Source of the DNA: an uncultured Planctomycetota bacterium
GTDB lineage: Bacteria; Planctomycetota; Planctomycetia; Isosphaerales; Isosphaeraceae
Length of the DNA: 64,000 nucleotides
Direction: 5' to 3'
Assembly (NCBI GenBank): GCA_963823665.1
Contig: CAWGMQ010000010.1
Span: 2,560,001-2,624,000 of the forward strand
The notes beneath the pieces were generated by a model that ran no database searches, had not been told where the DNA came from, and saw nothing but the letters and a program-made list of their open reading frames with translations. Numbering within the stretch: position 1 is the stretch's first letter; every line of letters begins with the position of its first letter. The translations under genes were made by a program, and so were the position numbers. Shown piece by piece: positions 50,387-61,461 of the stretch.

Positions 50387-52257
50387 ATGCGCGCCGCGTC
50401 CGCCCCCGCGACGCCCGCGACCGGATTCCGCCGTTTCAAGGCGCGGGCGATCCTGGGCGTCATCGTGCTGGGATGTGTGGTCGCCGGCGTCGTGTGGAAG
50501 ATCCGTCAAGCAGCGGCGGCGCCCAGGCGCGAGCCCGGTCAGGTCGTCGCCGAATTCGCAATCCGGGACGTGCGCACCGGCCAGATCCATCGCCTGTCGG
50601 ATCATAGCGGCCGCATCCTGGTGGTCGTCTTCACCGGCACCCTCTGCCCCATCGGCGAGCTTTACCTCCCGCGCTTGAACGCCCTGGCCAGGAAATACGA
50701 AAGCCGCGGCGTCGATGTGCTGGCGATCAACTCCAACGCAAGCGAGCCCGCCGAGGACGTCGCGGAGCATGCGAGGCGCTCGGCAATCTGGTTTCCCGTG
50801 CTCAAGGATCCCCAGAATCGCGTTGCCGACCAATTAGTTGCCGAGCGCACCTGCGAAGCACTCGTGATCGACGGAAGCGGCGCCTTCGATATCGCGGCGC
50901 AATCGACGACCAGTACGCCCTGGGCTCGCGCCGGGATGCCCCGGCCCAGGAATTCCTCGCGCGAGCCATCGACGCAGTGATCGCGGGCAAGCCGGTGAGC
51001 CCGGAGATGACCCAGGTCTTCGGCTGCCCGATCGAGTGCACCCGGCCTCCGAGAAAGTCCCGCGCGACTCTCGCTGCTGCGACGTCCGCTCCGGAAGGTG
51101 CAAAGGCCGGTGACGCTGCGCAGGCAACTGCATCGACCGGACCCGCGGTGACTTATTCGGCCAACGTTGCGGCCATCCTGCACAGCCGTTGTGCAATCTG
51201 CCACCGGCCGGGCCAGGTTGCCCCGTTTTCTCTGCTCACCTACGACCACGCGCGCCGCTGGTCGACATCGATCGCCGAGGTCCTCGGCGATGGGCGTATG
51301 CCGCCCTGGCATGCCGATCCGCGCTACGGCCACTTTTCCAACGACCGCCGCCTCTCGGACCAGGAACGCTCCCGGCTCCTCGCCTGGGTGGAACAAGGCT
51401 CACCCCCCGGAGACCTCTCTCGGGCACCCGTGCCGCCCAAATTCCCCCAGGGCTGGTCGATCGGTACTCCGGATCTGGTGTTCGAGGCGCCCGAGGTCTT
51501 CAAGGTTCCCGCGGAAGGCACCCTGCCTCTCATGAAATTCCAGATCGCCGCCAACGTGAAGCAGGATCTCTGGATCCAGGCGATCGAGGCGCAGCCGAGC
51601 GATCGAGCGGTTGTCCACCATATCATTGTATTTAGTCGCGTACATGATAAATCGAATCCGAAGCAGCACAAGAAGATCTTTCTGGCGGCTTACCTGCCTG
51701 GCGATGTGCCCCAGGTTTATCCGCCCGGAGTGGCCAAGAGAATACCGGCCGGCTCAAACCTGGAGTTCGAGCTGCACTACACTCCGATCGGCAGAGTGCG
51801 ATTCGACCGGCCGTCGGTCGGTGTGATCCTCTCCAAAGAGCCACCTCGCCATGTGGCCGTGACGCGCGGCATCGCCCAGCACAACCTGCGGATTCCCCCG
51901 GGAGCTACCGATCACGTGGAACGCGCTGACTGGACGCTCAAGCACGATAGCCATCTCCTCTCCTTCTCGCCGCACATGCACCTTCGCGGTAAGAGCTTCC
52001 GCTACGAGGCCCATTACCCTGACGGACGAGTCGAGGTCCTCTTGTCCGTACCCAGCTACGACTTCAACTGGCAGAGCGTCTACAGGCTCGTCGAGCCGAA
52101 GGCACTACCCAAGGGGACCAGAATCCACTGCGAGGCGCATTACGATAATTCCTCGGCGAATCTCGCCAACCCGGATCCAACTCGTGAGGTGCTTTGGGGC
52201 GAACAAAGCTGGGACGAAATGCTGATGGGATACCTGGACTACTACGAAGACGCCTGA
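50387..52257 (+). CDS. Second redoxin + CxxCH + Cu-monooxygenase-like protein (frameshift near 50890)
   Basis: LCP, INSN, CAICHRPG, VHHII, PHMHLRG, WGEQSWDEM. Confidence 0.82.
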
Positions 52258-52349
52258 GCACCAATTGTTGAATAATCCTCCAACTCAGGCTAAGCTACCA
52301 TTGCGTGATTGGATCAGAACGGGTCGCCTCGAGGTGGGAGGGGCGCCGG

Positions 52350-53865
52350 ATGCTGCGAGTGCTGGGCGGGCCCAAACGATTTTGCGACGGAATCACGCGC
52401 CGCGAGCTCCTTCAAGTTGGCTCACTGGCCGCCGCCGGGCTTCCTCTGCTGCCATTTGTCCCGGCAGTACAAGGCCGGACGACTGTGCCCGGGCCTTCGG
52501 CAAGCCTGCCCGGCTTCGGGCGGGCGAAGGCATGCATCCTCCTGTTCATGTACGGCTCGCCGAGTCAGCTCGAGACATTTGACCCCAAGCCCGACGCTCC
52601 GCTCGAGATCCGCGGCGAATTCGGCTGCATCCCGTCCAGCGTCGCCGGCTTGAACGTTTGTGACCGGCTGCCCAGGCTGGCCCAGGTGATGGACAAGATC
52701 AGCCTGATCCGCTCGGTCACGCATCCGTATCCGATCCATGGCGTGGCCTATGCCACCACGCGGAATCCCGCGGATCGAGATCCCGATGGAGCTCAATCCG
52801 CGCGACCCAGCCCACTGGCCGTTCATCGGGTCGGTCGTCGATCATGTCGACGGCAAGCGGCGGCCGGCTCTGGCCGAAGGGCGCCCGACCGTTCCCGGCA
52901 ACGTCGTGCTTCCCTGGGCATTCAGCAGTCGCCGGATCGGCGAGGTCGCCCGCGCCGGGCCCTACGCCGGATTTCTCGGGCAGGCATTCGACCCGGTTTG
53001 CACCGAGTTCGTGGGCAAGGGCACGAAGACGGCGAAAAAGACTCTCTTGGCCAACGTCTGGGAGGATCTGGAGCCTTATCGCGGCATCACGCCGGAAAGC
53101 CGGTTCCAGTTGAGCGCCGTAACCCAGCTCGAAGCCGACCTCACGCTCGACCGCCTCAACACGCGTGCGACCCTGCTCGAGCAGCTCGAGCAGCTTCGCC
53201 GCCAGCTCGATCAGTGTAAACGCACTCAGGTCCTTCGCCACCGCTCGATGGCTTTCGACCTGCTCCGCTCCGGTGAGCTTCGGCGTGCGTTCGACCTGGG
53301 CGAAGAATCCGACGAAACCCGCGGCCTCTACGGCATGACCCTGTTCGGTCAAGCCGCCCTCACCGCCCGCCGCCTGGTCGAGTCCGGCGGCCGGTTCGTG
53401 ACCGTGTTCTGGGACGAATACGGCCTGGCCGGAACCGGGTGGGATACGCACGTGGATCATTTCCCGCGGATGAAAGACGAGCTGCTGCCCGGCCTTGACC
53501 TGACTCTCTCCGGCCTCCTGGTCGATCTCGACCGCCGCGGCTTGCTCGACGAGACACTGGTGGTGCTGCTTTCCGAGCACGGGCGCACGCCCAAGCTTCA
53601 GTCGGTGCAGGGGGGTGGCCGCGACCACTGGTCAAGGTGCTACTCGGTCGTGATGGCCGGCGGCGGCATCGCTCGCGGCCAGGTCGTCGGCCGATCCGAC
53701 AAGATCGCCAGCGACCCGCTCGAGCGGGCGGTCTCACCCAAAGACATCCTCGCCACCATCTATCACCTTCTGGGTATCGACCCGACCGCCACCATCACCG
53801 ATGTTCAGGGAAGGCCGATGGTGATCGCACCAGACGCCGAGGTGATTCGCGAAGTGCTTGCGTGA
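52350..53865 (+). CDS. DUF1501 protein (frameshift near 52765)
   Basis: TRRELLQVG, SQLETFDPKP, ARRLVESG, WDTH, SEHGRTP, GRDHW. Confidence 0.9.
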
Positions 53866-54029
53866 AACACGGTCGCGACGGCTGAAGCGAAACTCTGGCC
53901 CCCTCGCCCGCCGGGAGAGGGCCGGGCGGGCGAAGCGCGCACCCCCCCAGTTCCATGAACCACGCCGGAGCTTCTCTGCCTCCAAAACCACCGATTTGCG
54001 ACACATCCTTACCACCATTGGGTTTAAGT

Positions 54030-54187
54030 GTGACGATGGAATAATCGGAACCCGGGGGTTTATCGTCGTAAACACCTGTTCGGCTGGCATTTAGGGCGTG
54101 ACGATGGAATATTCGGAACCATGCCGATTTTGGATGTAAAATCATATGGCGACTAAAGTTATGGCGTGACGATGGAATATTCGGAAC
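54030..54187. repeat. Three 22-bp direct repeats with an exact 68-bp period
   Basis: GTGACGATGGAATAWTCGGAAC at 54030, 54098 and 54166; 46-bp intervening segments. Confidence 0.9.
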
Positions 54188-54407
54188 TCTGGCTTCTCTA
54201 TATTGGCACTGAATCCGGCGCCTGGTGTGTCCATTTTTCGGGCTCCCGCCCAGAGAGGAGTTCGTTTTGTAGATTTGTCGTGCGCCCTTACGCCACAAGG
54301 ACTACGGGAACGCATTCGCTCGCTCCAGCAAACGAGTCATGGGCCGAACTCGAGGCCTGGTTCAAAGGAACCACGGGTAGGGTCATACCCGCGATGGATC
54401 GCAGCCC

Positions 54408-54428
54408 GTAGGGTGGGTGCAACCCACC
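54408..54428 (+). repeat. GTAG-type REP
   Basis: GTAG-GGTGGGT-GCA-ACCCACC. Confidence 0.7.
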
Positions 54429-54779
54429 GGCCTCTTTGGCTGTCCGACGGACCGCCTGAGGGGTCCAAAACATAGTGAACAACGCGAGAGATTCCCGGTG
54501 GCGCTTTTGTGTTACCCGCGCCACGAGGTATTCTTGATCGTCAGAAGGCATCGAGATCATATCTTATCCCCTGGCACCAATCCGACTTGTGGATCGACGT
54601 AGCCCATCGTTTATGAGCATTCACACATGGCGCATTGTGGCGCAAAGTGGCGCTTTTTGGACGGTCTCGAGCATCCGTGCACAGGTGTAAATCCTGGATT
54701 CCGAAAGCGGCCAACGGCCGCCAGCCGTCACCCGTTGAAAGCAGCTCAATGGAGTCGGAATCATGCTCAGCCCTCGAAA

Positions 54780-54802
54780 GTAGGTCAGGCTTTCACCCTG
54801 AC
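54780..54802 (+). repeat. GTAG-type REP, same family as 10828-10849
   Basis: GTAG-GTCAGG-CTTTCAC-CCTGAC. Confidence 0.6.
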
Positions 54803-55147
54803 GATCAGTACATCGTTCGCCTCGCTCAGGACGACTTTGCGCGTCGATTTCCCGGTTGTTGCCGTTGATCCCCCGGTTGAGGCACCGCCCAGCCGGCGCA
54901 CGCACGCACGGCTCCTATCTAGATGATCTACAAAACCCCGGTTCCATTTGCCAAAAAGATGTGAAATTCGTCCATTTCGAGTGAGATTCCTCCGCCCTCC
55001 GTCCTGATTTGTGCATCGCGGCCGACGCATCATGACGATCTCGACAGTTGGCAGAGCCCTCCTGAGAATTCCCAAAGAAAATCTGCGCCGCGGTCCGGGT
55101 CGGACGCACATTGATTATAGTGCGTAGGCACGAGAGGACTCCGACAC

Positions 55148-58100
55148 ATGGCCATTGAGACACTGGGCGTGGCCCTGCGACAGCTCAGGGGCTTGTTCGC
55201 CGACGGTACGATCGCGGGGCTGTCCGACGCGCAGCTCCTGGAGCGGTTCCTCAGCCTGGGGGACGCCGGGGCCTTCGAGGCATTGGTGGGGCGGCACGGA
55301 CCGATGGTCCTGAGCGTCTGCCGTGCGTTCTTGCGCGATCCTCACGATGCCGAAGACGCCGTGCAGGCCACGTTCCTGGTCCTGGTAAAAAACGGAGGCG
55401 CAATCCAGCGGCGAGACGCCTTGGCGGGCTGGCTGCACATGGTCGCGCATCGCGTCGCGATCCAGGCCAACAAATCCCTGGCTCGCCGGCGCAGGCTCGA
55501 GAGAGAGGTGGCAGAGATGGCTGTCGCGACATCCACGAACGGCCAGGCAGCCGGGCATGATCTGCTGCCCGCGTTGCACGAGGAGATCGCCCGGCTGCCC
55601 GAGAAGTACCGGCTCGCGGTCGTCCACTGCGACCTGGAGGGCATGACCCAGGCGCAGGCCGCCGGGCAATTGCACTGGAGCAGACGGACGCTCCAGCTCC
55701 GGCTGGCCCAGGCGCGCACCCGGCTCAAGCGCCGACTGGCCCGACGCGGCCTGGCGCCGGATAGCGCGACGCTCGGTGTGATACTGCTGCGCGAGGCGCG
55801 AGCGGCTGTTCCGCAAGCCTGGTGCGAAGCGACCGTTCGTGCCGCGGTCGCCACGGTCAATCACGCAGTGACCGCTGGCGTCGTCTCGGCGGTGGCTCAG
55901 CAATGGGGTCAGGAGGTGTTCAAGGTCATGCTGCTTCGAAAGCTCACATGGGTGTCGGTCACTCTGCTGGCGACAAGCTTGATCGGCTGGGGGGCGTCGG
56001 CCGCCTTCCTCTCTCTTCGTGAGCAGGCCCCGCAGGGGGCGGGAGCCGGGGCGGCCGCGCGCGCGGCGGCGCCCTCCCGGCCCAGGGCGGAGACCATCGC
56101 TCCGCAGGTGGAACCGGGCTCCGCTCTTGCGGCCGGCACACTTCCGGCTCGCGGCCGTGTGCTCGACCCCGATGGCAGGCCCGTCGTCGGCGCCGGGGTC
56201 TACGTGCGCCATTATGTCGAAGCGCGCTGGAACCCGATCGACACGATCGCCGCGCGGCAGAAGGGCGCGTGGCCGTGACGGACGCAGACGGTCGGTTCTC
56301 TTTCGAGTTCGAGAAACGCGCGAGCGATGGCTCTTACTACAGCAGCCAGACCGGTTGGCACAACGCCCAGATCGCCGTCGCCGCGCCCGGATTCGCACCG
56401 GCCTGGGTTGAGGCCGGGGATATGGTCAAACGCGGCGAGATGCCGCTCCGGCTGGTCCGGGACGACGTACCGGTTTGGGGGCGCGTCCTGGATTCGCAAG
56501 GCCGGCCTGTCGCCGGGGTGACAGTGCGAATCCGAGCGATCTGGGAGGTCAAGGACGGCTTTGACCTCGATGCCATGCTTGACTCGGGCGCGGTTCCTGA
56601 AAATATGTGGCAGATCGCGCGAGTGTACGGCAAAGTGCTTGGCGAGGCAGCCCCGGCCTGGCAAGAGGATCCGGCGCCGCTCTGGCCGGGCGGCAAGAAC
56701 GTTTGGACCAGCGGCGCCGACGGTCGGTTCGAAGTTCAGGGGATCGGGCGCGACCGCATCGCCCGCCTGGAATTCCACGGCGGCGGAGTGGCAGACGGTA
56801 CTCTCGACGTCATGGCCCGACCTGGGAAGGGACCGCCCAAGGCCCGGCCGCTCCCCAACAAGCGCAGGGAAATGGGAATCAAGGACCGCGAAGCCGCGTT
56901 CCTTGGCATGTACCCTCAGGGTACGCAGCTCGTCGGTGCGACCTTCGACTTTATCGCGGGCCCGACCAAGCCGATCGCGGGCGTCATCCGTCTGAAGGGC
57001 TCCGGCAAGCCGGTCGAAGACGCCATTGTCAGCGGCGCCGACGTGGGAACGCATACCGCTGTCACTGCCCGGACCGATGCGTCGGGCCGCTTCCGCCTCG
57101 ATGGGGTGCCCAAGGGGGAGTACTACCAGATCCAGGTCAACCCAAGGCAAGGAATCGACCCGTTCCTCCGCCGCTGGGATATTATCGATGACACGGAGGG
57201 GCTCAAGCCGATCGAGACGGCGATCGAGGTGCCCCCGGGGGTGATCGTGACCGGACGGTTGATCGACAAGGTGACGGGCCGGGTCGTCCCGCCTGCGGAT
57301 GTGGAATACACCAAGGCGCCGGATAACCTGGCCACCGGAGACGCGTTGGCATTCTCCCGCCTCGCCGACGGGGCGTTCGGACTGACCGTCCCACCGGGAC
57401 GCGGGATGATTGCCGGGGCCGCAGCCGTCGAGGGGAAGGATGACCCGTACGTCGCCGCTCACCTGAAGGCAGCGGACCGAAGCCAGAAGGGGATCGAGGC
57501 CAGGTTATATCCACACAAGCTCGTCGGTCATCACACCTATCGATTCATCGACGTCCCAGCCCGCTTGGGACCCCTGGCTGTGGACCTCGAGCTGACCCGC
57601 GGCGCGAGCCGCGCGGTCCGACTCACCGGCCCGGACGGGCTGCCCGTCGTCGGCGCCCTGGCTTACGGCGCGAGTGCCCGCGACTGGTCAGGGACCGAGC
57701 GCTCAAGGGCGCTCGACACCGATACCTTCGAGGTCGGGGGTCTGGAGCCGGGCCACCCTCGGCTGTTGGTGTTCACGCACAAAGCCCGCAAGCTCGTCGG
57801 AGCGGCCGTGCTCAAAGACGAAGACCTGAAATCCACCGAACCGCTGGAGATCAAGCTCTTCCCGGCGGGCGCGATCACAGGACGGCTCCTCGACCAGGAT
57901 GGCCTGCCGTGGGCGGGGGCCACGCTTCATGTCTGGATGACCGACCCGGACCGGCCCCCAAGCTTGGGCTTCGGATGTGCCTTCGGCGAGGCGGTCACCG
58001 CCGACGCGCAGGGTCGCTTCCGGCTCGAGGCGTTCGTGCCGGGCGTTGAGACTGAGATTATCATCTCAGTCCCGAATCGCATCGGCGTCCAGCTCGACGG

Positions 58101-58188
58101 CGGCAATGCCCTCCGGAAGCCCGCCCTGAAACCGGGTGAGCTCCGTGACCTGGGCGACGTGAAGGCCAAGGAAATGCATCAACAATGA
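55148..58188 (+). CDS. ECF sigma factor with TM segment and carboxypeptidase-regulatory-like repeats (frameshift near 56270)
   Basis: SDAQLLERF, AEDAVQATFLVL, GRVLDPDGRPVVGA, TDADGRF repeats. Confidence 0.88.
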
Positions 58189-58225
58189 CCGCTTGGAGGG
58201 GAGGGGGCCGGTGCGAGCGCACGCC

Positions 58226-59558
58226 ATGCGACGGATTTCGGGCGATTACTGGGCGCCCTATGTCCCCGACGAAACCCTGCCTTGGGACCTGCGACGGGTG
58301 GTCCACCTGCACCGCCGGGCCGGCTTCGCCGCCACCTGGGACGAGCTGCGGCGCGATCTGAACGACGGCCCCGAAGTCTCGATCAACCGGCTCCTGGAAG
58401 GGAAGTCCCGATCCTGCGGCATCCCTGCGGAGTTCACCGAGTTCGCCGATCGCCTGGCGGACCGGGCGGTGGCCGCTCCCGCGTCCAATCGCCTCAAGGG
58501 TTGGTGGGTCTACCGCATGCTCTTCGGTCCGGACCCGCTGACCGAACGCCTGACGCTCTTGTGGCACGGACACTTCGCCACCGGCAACCTCAAGGTCAAT
58601 GACCTGGGCTTGATGCGCCGGCAGAATGAGAACCCTGCGCTCGCTCGGCCGCGCCCCGTTCGGAACGCTCCTGCGTGCGATGCTCCGCGAGCCGGCCTTG
58701 CTCATCTGGTTGGACGCGCCCGATAACACCAGGGACCACCCCAATGAGAACCTGGCCCGCGAGCTGATGGAGCTCTTCACGCTCGGTGTCGGTGCCTTTT
58801 CCGAGGACGATGTCAAGCAGGCGGCCCGCGCCCTGACCGGCTGGCGGCTCGCGGGCGATCAGGTCCGGCTTATTCCCTCGCGGCACGACCCGGGCACCAA
58901 GACCATCCTCGGCCGCACCGCCGCCTTCGATACCGACGGCCTGACGGAGTTGCTCCTCGACCATCCAGCCACGTCCCGCCGCGTGGCCTGGCGGCTGTGC
59001 CATGAGTGTTTCGGCGAAGAGGCGGTTGACGATCGGGCAATCGACGCCCTCGCCGAGGGGCTGCGAGCCCACCACCTTGACATCGGCTGGGGCATCGCGA
59101 CGGTGCTCCGATCGCGCCTCTTCTTTGACATCGCCAACCTGGGCCGGCGCATCGCCAGCCCGATCGATTATGTCGTGGGCACGGTGCGGGCACTCGAGAT
59201 GTTCGACCCATCACCGAGCACGCCGGTGCTGGCCGACTGGTGCGGCCGGCTGGGCCAGGACCTGTTCGATCCGCCCAATGTCGGCGGCTGGAGCGGCGGG
59301 CGAAGCTGGATCACGACCCGCTCGGCCATCGGGCGGGCCAATTTCGCCGCGGCCCTGGTCGACGGCGCGGAGGTCGGGCTCGGCAAGTCGTTCGACCCGA
59401 TCGCGCTGGCCGACCGCCATGGCCAACGTCGCAACCCGTCGTTCTACGCAAACTTGCTGCTCGGTGCCGTTGGCCCCAAGGTCCCGCTCGATGCGCCGGG
59501 ACCGGCCCGGCAGGCCCTCATCCGACTGTTGGCATCGTCCGAAGCGCAGCGGATTTGA
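58226..59558 (+). CDS. DUF1800 protein (frameshift near 58630)
   Basis: HLHRRAGF, ERLTLLWHGHFAT, PNENLARELMELFTLG, PPNVGGW. Confidence 0.9.
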
Positions 59559-59580
59559 CCATTTCTCAGGAGGTGAGATC

Positions 59581-60787
59581 GTGATCACACGCCGAGGCTT
59601 CTTCGCCCGCAGCCTGCGGGATTCGTCGCTGATCGCGCTGGCGCCGGCGCTGCCCGGATTCCTGCGCGCACGGCGCGCGCCGCCGGCCCGGCGAAAGACG
59701 GCCGCATCCTGGTGGTCGTCCAGCTCAACGGCGGCAACGATGGCATCAATACGGTCGTCCCGTTCAAGGACGAGGGGTACGCCAGGCATCGCAAGGCCAT
59801 CCGACTGCCCGAGGGGCGGCTGATCAAGGTCAACGGCGAGGTTGGTCTGCACCCGGCGATGCGCGATGCGGGGAAGCTGCTGGAATCGGGCCGGCTGGCG
59901 ATCGTTCCGGGCGTCGCCTATCCGAACCCGAGCCGTTCGCACTTCCGCAGCATGGCGATCTGGCAATCGGCCCGGCTCGACGCCCGCGACCACACCGGGC
60001 TGGGCTGGGTCGGCCGCGGCCTCGACGAGGGTCCTGCGACTCACGACGGCGCGCCGGCGGCCATGCTGATCGGACCCAACGACCTGCCGCCGGCCATTCG
60101 AGGCCAGCGCTCGATCGAGCGCCGCGCTCGACCGGCTCGACGACTATGCCTTGAGCGACAAGGAGGCCGCGGCCAAGCCGACCGGCTCCTCCACAGCCGG
60201 GGACGACCTGGGGCTGTTCCTGCACCGCAGCCTGCTGGACGCCTACACGACCGCGGACCGTCTCGAGGCCGTCAGCGAAGCCCGCGGCGATGCGGCTTAT
60301 CCCGAGTCGGGAGCTCGCCCGTCGGCTGAAGCTGACGGCGCGGCTGATCAAGGCCGGGCTGGGCACGCGCGTCTATTATCTCGAACAGGGCGGATACGAC
60401 ACCCACAGCTACCAGGTCCCGCCCCACGCCGCGCTGCTGGAGGAGCTCTCGGCCTCGCTCCGGGCGTTCCTCGACGATCTGGCCGCGGCGCGGCTGGCCG
60501 ACAGGGTCCTGGTGCTGGTCTTCAGCGAGTTCGGCCGCCGCGTCGCCGAAAACGGCTCGAAAGGAACTGACCACGGCACTTCCGGGCCGGTGCTCCTGGC
60601 GGGGCCGTCGGTCCGGCCGGGCCTGCACGGGGCCTACCCGAGCCTCACCGATCTGGTCGACGGCGACCTGAAGATCGCGGTGGACTTCCGCCGCGTCTAT
60701 GCCACCGTCCTCGAGGATTGGCTCGGCCTGCGATCGAAGCAATCCCTGGGCGGCGCCTTCGAGTCGCTGCCGCTTTTTGACTCGTGA
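59581..60787 (+). CDS. DUF1501 protein paired with DUF1800 (several frameshifts)
   Basis: AGGAGG RBS, QLNGGNDGINTVVP, RSHFRS, GYDTH, SEFGRR, GTDHG. Confidence 0.88.
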
Positions 60788-60923
60788 GCTCGCCTATACG
60801 ACAGTATCAACCACGCCCGATCATGGCCTTGATCGCACCCGATCGTGCCGTTGCTCCGATTCGGAATACACGGCCGCCCGAATCGGCGAGAATCGTCGGC
60901 GAGCCCGGCCAGAATCCCTGCTT

Positions 60924-60983
60924 GCCGTGTACACGCTCGATCGCGACGTAAGCGGCGGAGCCCTTCACATCGGTCATACCTGT
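60924..60983 (-). pseudogene. Short DUF3224-like remnant adjoining the IS end
   Basis: GMTDVKGSAAYVAIERVHG resembles the GSAGYVAIERV motif. Confidence 0.35.
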
Positions 60984-61425
60984 TAACCCGAACTTACCGA
61001 TCAATTGCATTGTAATGTGAAGTGAAAGCATTACTTACGCGCGCGCTGCGCGCGCATTTCTGGCTACAGGGTAACGCTGAGCAGGTCTAAGGCTCGCTGC
61101 TGCTGCAGCGATGGCTGGGTTAACTCGTAGAATTCCGAGCCGGTTTCCCCTTCTAGCCGCACTTTGTTCTTGGCCAGCGTCCCCAGATCGACCAGCAGGG
61201 CGCGGAAGCTGTGAACGGGCAAGCTGTCTGCTTGGTCTTATCTTTGGCTCGGGCGGCGTCGGAACGTGGAGCCGGCTCTACAATCGAGGTACGCGCCGCC
61301 TCCGCCGCCTCCCGATCATGATCTTCGAATAAGAGCGGAGCAAGTTTCTCACGCATGTGCCACTCGACATACTAGGCCAACATAAAAAGAAATACATGTG
61401 CTCGGGTTCGGTCATCTAAGGCCCG
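60984..61425 (-). mobile_element. IS1634-like transposase 3' remnant with right end
   Basis: RAHVFLFMLA*YVEWHMREKLAPLLFED, QQQRALDLL; in-frame TAG and a frameshift; end sequence AAGTTCGGGTTA. Confidence 0.75.
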
Positions 61426-61461
61426 TGAGTAGCAACGGAACAGAACACTGGAATATGGCTT

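Noticed and set aside
54030..54187. Calling this a CRISPR array
   Set aside because: Only three short repeats, intervals share positional motifs, and no cas genes or clear leader; kept as an unexplained repeat array
54190..55140. Short ORFs as a RAYT transposase remnant near the REPs
   Set aside because: No HUH or catalytic Tyr motif could be identified
43893..60787. Mass pseudogenisation or programmed frameshifting
   Set aside because: Indels without accompanying stop codons, also hitting infA, fit consensus error better
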